Assembly: GCA_965203555.1 (NCBI GenBank)
Contig: CBDBCY010000004.1
Coordinates: 960,001 to 1,024,000, forward strand
From: Acidimicrobiia bacterium
GTDB lineage: Bacteria; Actinomycetota; Acidimicrobiia; Spongiisociales; ZC4RG35
Direction: 5' to 3'
DNA length: 64,000 nt
A program made the position numbers and the translations under genes. The notes below the pieces were generated by a model. It searched no databases, was not told the origin of the DNA, and worked only from the letters and a program-made list of their open reading frames with translations. Positions 38,958 to 45,773 of this stretch are shown here, piece by piece. The stretch's first letter is position 1. Each line of letters begins with the position of its first letter.

Positions 38958-39620
38958 TTATCCGGTAGCTTTTTGAGCCTGGGCCGGAGTGCAGTAGGAA
39001 ACGCCGGTCCCACCGATGCCGCAGTATCCCCACGGGTTCTTGGACAGGTACTGCTGGTGGTAGTCCTCGGCGTAGTAGAAAGGCTTGTCCACACCGATTT
39101 CGGTGGTAACCCGGTCATAACCGCTGCGGTAAAGCTCTTTCTGGTAGGCCTCCAGGCTTGCCCAGACCGCCGGCAGTTGCTCTTCCCTGCTGACATAGAC
39201 CGCGGAGCGGTACTGGGTGCCGTAGTCATTGCCCTGCCTCATCCCCTGGGTGGGATCATGTCCCTCCCAAAAGACCTGCATGAGTTGGTCGAGACTGACT
39301 ACGTGAGGCCTGAACACCACCTGCACCACCTCGGTGTGTCCGGTCATGCCCGAACAGACCTCTTCATAAGTGGGATTGGGGGTGAACCCCCCTTGGTAGC
39401 CGGCCGCGGTGGAATACACCCCGTCGGTCTGCCAGAACATCCGTTCCGCTCCCCAAAAGCACCCCATGCCGAACCAGATGATCTCCGTTTCTTCGGGAAA
39501 CGGTGGAACGATCCGCGCTCCGGAAACATCGTGGAATTCAGGCACTGAAAGGGGGGTCCGCCTGCCGGCCAGAGCCTGATTCTCGCCGGGAAGACTATTG
39601 GGCTTTTTGCGCCATGACAT
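38958..39620 (-). CDS. msrA: Peptide-methionine (S)-S-oxide reductase
   Basis: [40 protein letters not shown]. Confidence 0.96.
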   Translation of the reverse strand: MSWRKKPNSLPGENQALAGRRTPLSVPEFHDVSGARIVPPFPEETEIIWFGMGCFWGAERMFWQTDGVYSTAAGYQGGFTPNPTYEEVCSGMTGHTEVVQVVFRPHVVSLDQLMQVFWEGHDPTQGMRQGNDYGTQYRSAVYVSREEQLPAVWASLEAYQKELYRSGYDRVTTEIGVDKPFYYAEDYHQQYLSKNPWGYCGIGGTGVSYCTPAQAQKATG

Positions 39621-39680
39621 AGGCCGGAGGCTACCAGTTGCCGGTTCCGGGGGCAACAGAATATGTCAAAGGACGTGTGC

Positions 39681-41759
39681 TTATCCCAACGAACCGAACC
39701 ACTGGTCGTGAAGCTGCCGGTAGACGCCGCTTTCGATGAGGTCCAGCAGAGCCAGGTTGACCTGTTCCCGGAAGGCGGCGTCGTCCTGGCTCAGAACCAA
39801 CCCGTACTGGACCTTCTCGAAGTCGGGCCCCACTGTCGTCACCTCGCCGCCTCCTTCCCGGGCAGCGTGGAAGTGAAGCACCGGCGCGTCGAACACAACT
39901 GCGTCGATTTCGCCTGCTTCCAGAAGGGAGTAGGCCTCCCCGATCTCGCCTACCAGCACCGGTCCCACGCCGACGGAGGTCATGTATACCTCCCCCGCCG
40001 ATTGCGAGACCGTGGCAATCCGGTGACCGGGCAGGTCGGAGGGGCCGGAAATCTCGCCCCGCAGTTCATTCACCGCCAGGGAAGAGGCGATAGAAGCAGT
40101 GAAGCTGGCGAACACCAGCGTCCCCAGGGCTATCCATACCAGGGCGAACACCCTCCCTTTGGCGCCCCTCGCCACCTTGTCGCCATACCCGACCGTACTC
40201 ATGGTCACCACCGACCAGTAGAACGAGTCCCAGATCCCCTGGCGGTAGGGCACCGCGAAGTCGGCGTTGTCATGGCGTTCCAGCCACCAGATCACATGGG
40301 CCGAGACCAGCACCACCACCCCGAACAGAACCAACAGCCAGGGAAGATCCGAAGAACCGATGGCACGGAAGAACTGAAGGATCCGATCACCGATGTGCCT
40401 GGACGACTCCGTGGGCGCCAAGATGGTCAGTCCGGCATCGAGCACCGGCATCGAGAAGTCGACCAACCGCTCTCTTGATTCGGTGATGGCCACTCCCCCC
40501 AGAGCCACCCGGGCAACGCCGCGGTTGATGTCGTCGATCTGCTTTGCAACGGTGTCCACCGCGTAGATGTCCGCTTCCATCCCCAGGCGGGCGGCGAGCA
40601 GACGCGCCAATTCCACCTCGAAGCCGCTGTAGGAGCGGTTGTCATAAGTGGCGAAGGGAGGAAGAAGACGAACTGCCACCGGCAGTCGTCCCCCGGCTGC
40701 CGAGACCTCGCCGCTGGTCTCCGCCAGTCCGACCGCTTCCGGATCCGCAGCCTCGATCCAACGCTGCACGATGACCTCATTGGCTTCCACCCACTCTTTG
40801 GCATGGCGACGGATATCCTCGGGATCTCCCTCGTCGGCCACCATCAGCGCGTTTTGAGCGGAGATGTCCGCCAGTGGTATAACCACCAGCTCCAACAGCT
40901 TGCGGATCGATGGGTTGGCTTCCAGGAATTCGGTGTTGGCGACCACCCGGATGTCGTTGGGGGGCCACCCGACCCCGCAGGGATCGTTGGCGCATCCCGG
41001 AATACCGGCAATGGCGGTCCGGTCCAGGTATGCAGCCTGTTCCGCCGGCAAGGAGGGGAAGGGCGTCTCCAGCCAGACCACGTCCCGGCCGGGCACCAAC
41101 TCACCCACTGTCCAGTTGGGTGTCCAGGTGTAGTAGAGAACCGGCTGCCCGGCTCGATATTGGTCGAAGGTCGCCCTTATCAAAGGGGAGTACGCGCCCT
41201 GCACCTGCTCGACAGTCTCCCGCAATCCATAGGCGTCAAGGTGGTGGTCTATGATCGCCGCACATCCCCAGGAGGGTTCACAGCCGATCAAGTCGGCCAA
41301 CCCGTCCCCGTCATGATCGAAGAGGGCGGCAACCTCCCGTGATGACAAGTCACCGAGGTTGGTGATCCCATGGGCTTGCGCAGTGGATCTGTCCACAAAG
41401 TATCCCTGCAGCGCTCCGTCGTCGACTTGAGTGCCCACCCGCTCCGCGAATTCCTCCTGTACGAAGGAGTCCTGCGTCGGGAACCATCCGTTCGCCCACA
41501 AATCCACTTCCCCCGCCGCCACGGCGGTGTAGAACTCGTCATTGTCCATGGTGAGAGGACCCTCGACCTCGTAGCCGAGTTGCTGGATCAAAAGCCGGTA
41601 AACCTCGGCCTGGAACCAACCGGTGTCCCAGGTTGCGCGAGCCATCCGCACCGGCGGGTTATCGGCAGGCTCGTCGTCGGATTGGGCCACCGCTATCCCC
41701 GCACCTATGGAAATGAGCAACAGCACTGTCAGGGTTACAGCGATGGAGATTCTGCGCAT
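39681..41759 (-). CDS. Fusion protein: ProX/OpuAC betaine-binding domain plus GluR0-like ligand-gated K+ channel (S1-M1-P-M2-S2)
   Basis: Signal peptide; ProX motifs NGWFP, GCEPSWGC, YTWTPNW; S1 ITESRERLVDFS; M1 ..WWLERHDNADF; filter TMSTVGYGD; SFTASIASSL; S2 FDAPVL..YGLVL. Confidence 0.88.
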   Translation of the reverse strand: MRRISIAVTLTVLLLISIGAGIAVAQSDDEPADNPPVRMARATWDTGWFQAEVYRLLIQQLGYEVEGPLTMDNDEFYTAVAAGEVDLWANGWFPTQDSFVQEEFAERVGTQVDDGALQGYFVDRSTAQAHGITNLGDLSSREVAALFDHDGDGLADLIGCEPSWGCAAIIDHHLDAYGLRETVEQVQGAYSPLIRATFDQYRAGQPVLYYTWTPNWTVGELVPGRDVVWLETPFPSLPAEQAAYLDRTAIAGIPGCANDPCGVGWPPNDIRVVANTEFLEANPSIRKLLELVVIPLADISAQNALMVADEGDPEDIRRHAKEWVEANEVIVQRWIEAADPEAVGLAETSGEVSAAGGRLPVAVRLLPPFATYDNRSYSGFEVELARLLAARLGMEADIYAVDTVAKQIDDINRGVARVALGGVAITESRERLVDFSMPVLDAGLTILAPTESSRHIGDRILQFFRAIGSSDLPWLLVLFGVVVLVSAHVIWWLERHDNADFAVPYRQGIWDSFYWSVVTMSTVGYGDKVARGAKGRVFALVWIALGTLVFASFTASIASSLAVNELRGEISGPSDLPGHRIATVSQSAGEVYMTSVGVGPVLVGEIGEAYSLLEAGEIDAVVFDAPVLHFHAAREGGGEVTTVGPDFEKVQYGLVLSQDDAAFREQVNLALLDLIESGVYRQLHDQWFGSLG

Positions 41760-42018
41760 GGAAGTGTCCGGTGGGTTTCAACCACAGGGTAGTGGGGCTG
41801 TGGCGCAGTGTAGCAAGCTGCAAGGACGTGTAGGAATACTGAAGAATAAGGTGTCTGGCGCCAGTTTTGCGGGGAAAACCTGTAGTTTTCGCGGCGCGCC
41901 CCCAGGACTTTAGGCTAAGGTTTTACCCAACAGACGCCTCCCTACAGGTAAGGGGGACGTAACCAAGGCGGCAGAAAGGAGACGCACATGATTGATCTGC
42001 GAATAGAAAGGAGTTCGT

Positions 42019-43785
42019 ATGGCTGACAAAGAAGATCTCGATCTCACTCAGATTGCCGAGGCCTTAGAGGATTGGGAAGATCAAGAGGAACGCGCCCGCG
42101 ATGCGGCGATCCGTAATCGACCCCAGTTCGAAGGCCTCCAGATCGATCCCGAGATCGATTTCTACCCCGAAGTGGCCGATCGGGAGCCTGGTGACAAGAA
42201 CATCGTCAGGTGGGGATTCGACATCCATCCGCAGGTGACGTTCGTCGCCGCCGGATTCCTGTTGCTCTTCATCGCTTGGTCTTTGCTGTTTCCGGAGTCG
42301 GCCGGCGGTGTCTTCGGCGCCATTCTCAACTTCATCAACGAGAAGGTGGGTTGGCTGTACATCATCTCCTTCAACGTCTTCATCGGCGCGGCGCTCTACT
42401 TTGCGTTAGGCCGGTACGGCAAGATTCGACTAGGCGGTCCAGGCGCCCTTCCGGAGTTTTCCACCGGGGCCTGGTACGCAATGCTGATCTCTGCCGGTCT
42501 TGGCATCGGGTTGATGTTCTGGGGTGTGGCTGAGCCAATCTTCCACCTGACCGCACCGCCTCCCTTGTTCGAGGTGGAACCCCTGTCAACGGGCGCGGCC
42601 AGAGGAGCACTGGCGACCTCCTACCTCCATTGGGGGATTCATGGATGGGCGCTTTACGGACTGGTAGCCCTGGCCCTGGGATTCTTCGCCTACAACCGAG
42701 GATTGCCACTGACCTTCCGATCGGTCTTCTATCCGATTCTCGGTCCGAGGATCTACGGTACATGGGGCAACGCGATCGACATCCTCACTGTGGTGGCCAC
42801 CCTCTTCGGTCTCGCCACCTCACTGGGATTCGGCGCCGGACAGGCGGCTGCGGGGTTGAACAAGCTCTTCGGTCTCCCGTCGGGCACCGGCTTTCAGATC
42901 GTCCTGATCGCCTTCATCACCGGGCTGGCAACCATCTCGGTTGTGGCCGGTTTGGACGCCGGGGTCAAGAGGCTGAGCCAGCTCAACGTGTGGCTGGCCG
43001 CGGCCTTCCTGGTCTTCGTGCTGTTGGTGGGCCCCACTCTGCTGGTGCTGTCACTGTACGTTGAGAGCATCGGAGTGTATCTCCAGATACTGCCAGAGTT
43101 CTCGTTCTGGAACGCTGCTTTGATCGACACGCAATGGCAACAATGGTGGACAATCTTCTACTGGGGATGGTGGATCTCCTGGTCTCCCTTCGTCGGTATG
43201 TTCATCGCCCGGATCTCCAAGGGACGTTCGGTGCGGGAAATGATCATTGGTGTGATCGTCCTCCCCTGCCTCCTTTGCTTCCTGTGGTTCGCGGTGTTCG
43301 GCGGAGCGGCCATGGATCTGCAGATGCGCGGCGAACTGGACGTTGCCACGGCGGTCAACGAAAACGTGGCGACTGCCCTGTTCGTGATGTTGGAGGCCTT
43401 CCCATGGACCTTCTTCGTCTCCATAGTCGGCATTCTGCTGTTGGTTTCGTTCTTCGTCACCTCTTCGGACTCCGGATCCTTGGTGGTGGACCACCTCACC
43501 TCTGGAGGAAAACTCGATTCGCCCAAGCCCCAGCGGGTGTTCTGGGCCTTGATGGAAGGCTTGGTGGCATGCGTGTTGCTGTTGGGAGGTGGCCTGTCGG
43601 CGCTCCAAACGGCCGCAGTGGCCACCGGACTGCCATTCCTCTTCGTGCTCTTGATCATGCTCTGGAGCCTCAAGAAGGCCTTCGATGAGGAACTCGACCT
43701 CTTGGAAGCCCACTACGACGAGGCCATCTTCCAATCCCAGCACGCCGGTCTGATCGAGAAACTGGGTAGAGGGGGTGCAAAGTGA
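42019..43785 (+). CDS. BCCT family transporter (betaine/choline/carnitine)
   Basis: GKIRLG, SAGLGIGLMFWGVAEP, LHWGIHGW, WTIFYWGWWISWSPFVGMFIARISKGR, TSSDSGS. Confidence 0.95.
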   Translation: MADKEDLDLTQIAEALEDWEDQEERARDAAIRNRPQFEGLQIDPEIDFYPEVADREPGDKNIVRWGFDIHPQVTFVAAGFLLLFIAWSLLFPESAGGVFGAILNFINEKVGWLYIISFNVFIGAALYFALGRYGKIRLGGPGALPEFSTGAWYAMLISAGLGIGLMFWGVAEPIFHLTAPPPLFEVEPLSTGAARGALATSYLHWGIHGWALYGLVALALGFFAYNRGLPLTFRSVFYPILGPRIYGTWGNAIDILTVVATLFGLATSLGFGAGQAAAGLNKLFGLPSGTGFQIVLIAFITGLATISVVAGLDAGVKRLSQLNVWLAAAFLVFVLLVGPTLLVLSLYVESIGVYLQILPEFSFWNAALIDTQWQQWWTIFYWGWWISWSPFVGMFIARISKGRSVREMIIGVIVLPCLLCFLWFAVFGGAAMDLQMRGELDVATAVNENVATALFVMLEAFPWTFFVSIVGILLLVSFFVTSSDSGSLVVDHLTSGGKLDSPKPQRVFWALMEGLVACVLLLGGGLSALQTAAVATGLPFLFVLLIMLWSLKKAFDEELDLLEAHYDEAIFQSQHAGLIEKLGRGGAK

Positions 43786-44714
43786 TGAAGCGATCGAGTG
43801 TTTTCGTCGCCGCTCTTGCGGCTTTCGTGTTGATGCTTTCGGCTTGCGCCACCGAGGAAGTTGCCGGGCCGGTGAAGATCGCCCGGGCCAACTGGGACTC
43901 CGGTTACATGCAGGCCGCCATCTACGCGGCTCTGATCGAGGAGTTGGGGCACGAGGTCACTGACCCCGCCGCCGCCACCCTCAGCCCCTATTCGTTCTAT
44001 CCGGCTTTGGCCGCTCGCCAGTACGACCTGTGGGCCAATGGCTGGTTCCCCCTCCACAACATCTACCTGGAAGGAGAGAACGTCACCGGCCAAGCGGTTG
44101 AACTCCCCATCGAGCCGATCGGCACGCAGGTGGGTGGTGGAGCCACAGACGGCTTGATGATCGACAAGGCCACAGCTGACAGACTGGGAATCAGAGACAT
44201 GGATGGGGTCGCCGCCAACGCCGGCGCCTTCGACCACGACGGCGACGGCAAGGCCGACCTCTACGGATGCAACGTCGGATGGGGATGCGAAACCGCCATC
44301 AACGAACAGATCGCCAATGAAAGTTGGGGCTCAGGAGTCGAACAGATTTCCGGTACCTACAACGACTTGGCGCAAGGCGTCGTGGAGAGAGTGGCGGCCG
44401 GTGAATCGGCCCTGTTCTACGCTTGGACGCCCAACTGGACGAACACCGTCCTAGTGGCGAACAGCAATGTGGTTTGGCTGCAATCCAACGTGAATGACAT
44501 CCGAGCGGTGGCCAACACCGACTTCCTGGATGAATACCCGGACATCAAAGCTCTCCTCGATGCGGTGGTAATCCCGCTGACCGACATCGCGGCTCAAAAC
44601 GCCAAGATGGCCGCCGGGGATTACAGCGAGGCTGACATCAGAGCTGACGCCGAAGCCTGGATCGCGGCCAACCGCGACACGGTCGACAGCTGGCTCGCAG
44701 CCGCCCGAGGCTAA
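43782..44714 (+). CDS. Glycine betaine/proline-binding lipoprotein (ProX/OpuAC-like)
   Basis: Lipobox LSAC, NGWFP, GCNVGWGC, YAWTPNW; GTGA overlap with the BCCT stop. Confidence 0.9.
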   Translation: MMKRSSVFVAALAAFVLMLSACATEEVAGPVKIARANWDSGYMQAAIYAALIEELGHEVTDPAAATLSPYSFYPALAARQYDLWANGWFPLHNIYLEGENVTGQAVELPIEPIGTQVGGGATDGLMIDKATADRLGIRDMDGVAANAGAFDHDGDGKADLYGCNVGWGCETAINEQIANESWGSGVEQISGTYNDLAQGVVERVAAGESALFYAWTPNWTNTVLVANSNVVWLQSNVNDIRAVANTDFLDEYPDIKALLDAVVIPLTDIAAQNAKMAAGDYSEADIRADAEAWIAANRDTVDSWLAAARG

Positions 44715-44727
44715 CTTACGACTAACT

Positions 44728-44780
44728 GGTTGGGTTTGGTCGGCGCTCCCGCCGGCCAGACCCAACCGCTTTTTTTCTTT
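44728..44780 (+). terminator. Intrinsic terminator after the BCCT-ProX operon
   Basis: GGTTGGGTTTGGTCGGCG / CGCCGGCCAGACCCAACC stem followed by a T-run. Confidence 0.85.
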
Positions 44781-44789
44781 GGCAGGTTT

Positions 44790-44930
44790 TCAGACTGCCT
44801 ATCGTGTCCTCCACCCGCTCAATGGTGCCCCGAATTTCCTTGCACCTCTCGAACATCTCAGGATCCGGATCGGAGATGAGATCCCTGGTCACCGGATCGA
44901 CCAGCATGTACTCCTCCTCGATTCCCGGTG
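44790..44930 (-). pseudogene. Fragment of a glutamate-cysteine ligase family 2 (YbdK-like) gene
   Basis: GIEEEYMLVDPVTRDL matches the GxEEEyxLVD N-terminal motif; only about 45 codons remain. Confidence 0.55.
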
Positions 44931-45283
44931 GCAAACCAAGGTTTCCGCAAGACTATGAAATTGTCTCCCCCGGATTCGACAACCACTTCTGGAGTGTCCA
45001 CTCCCGCGTCGTGAACACCGGGATTCCCAAAACAACAGCTCAGATTCCCTCACCGGAGCAACGGCAACGTCTGGGACCACACGGGCGCCACATGGACCTT
45101 TGACGGGAGGACCAGAACGAATCCCCGGTAAGGGGCGAGCGACAGGGAACCGACCCCCCGAGAATCCATTTATTCCCAGTAAAAGGGGAAAAAATCCGGC
45201 ATTTCCTCACAAATAAACAGTGCCATTACCACCATCCCAGCCAAACGAGCGATAGTGTAAAAGGGCAATCTTGTGATTGATGT

Positions 45284-45610
45284 GAGCAGTCCCGAGTCGG
45301 GTTGCTCGCTGAATACCATAGCCCGCCAACAGATCGGGGAGTAGCTACCGCCGACTCTGGGCGAATAGGCGAGGCCATCTGTGTCCTCACGTCAATCACA
45401 GGAACAACCCGACGACGTGAGGACAACCATGATAACGCGCATGGGAACCCCATGACGCCCTTGAGGCAGATAGGCGCCCACCCCACCGCCACCATCCCCG
45501 CCGAATGCGGGATCACCCACCCGCCGGGGAGAACACCACCCCGCCGGCAAAACCCTCGCAGGATCAGGAAACGATCCCGCCCTCCAATCGTATGTGAAGG
45601 GCTAATACGC
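45284..45610 (+). ncRNA. Putative structured 5' leader RNA with yybP-ykoY-like (Mn2+ riboswitch) motifs
   Basis: ACAGAT-CGGGGAGTAGC...GGCGAGGCC-ATCTGT (45329-45382), then a 12-bp stem TGTCCTCACGTC/GACGTGAGGACA enclosing AATCAC (45382-45425), then several further short hairpins. Confidence 0.4.
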
Positions 45611-45773
45611 ATGTTAATAGCAGTTAGCACGCAACGTCCCGACCCGTCTTAGGTGATCGAACAACCGGACAACCCCGGACCCCGAGAAGAAGGGAGAAGA
45701 GCCCCCATGGCCGACAACGACGACCAAACCATACAGCTACGCCGATCAAGAATCCTGAAAGGATCAAAACACC

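Noticed and set aside
44929-44970. GGCAAACC...CGCAAGAC as a c-di-GMP-I riboswitch
   Set aside because: No GNRA-capped P2 and no convincing P3; the spacing is too short.
45110-45180. GAATCCCC..GGGG..GGGAACC as a c-di-AMP (ydaO) riboswitch
   Set aside because: The 3' consensus CCCGTCAGCTAAC is absent here and in the channel/BCCT intergenic region.
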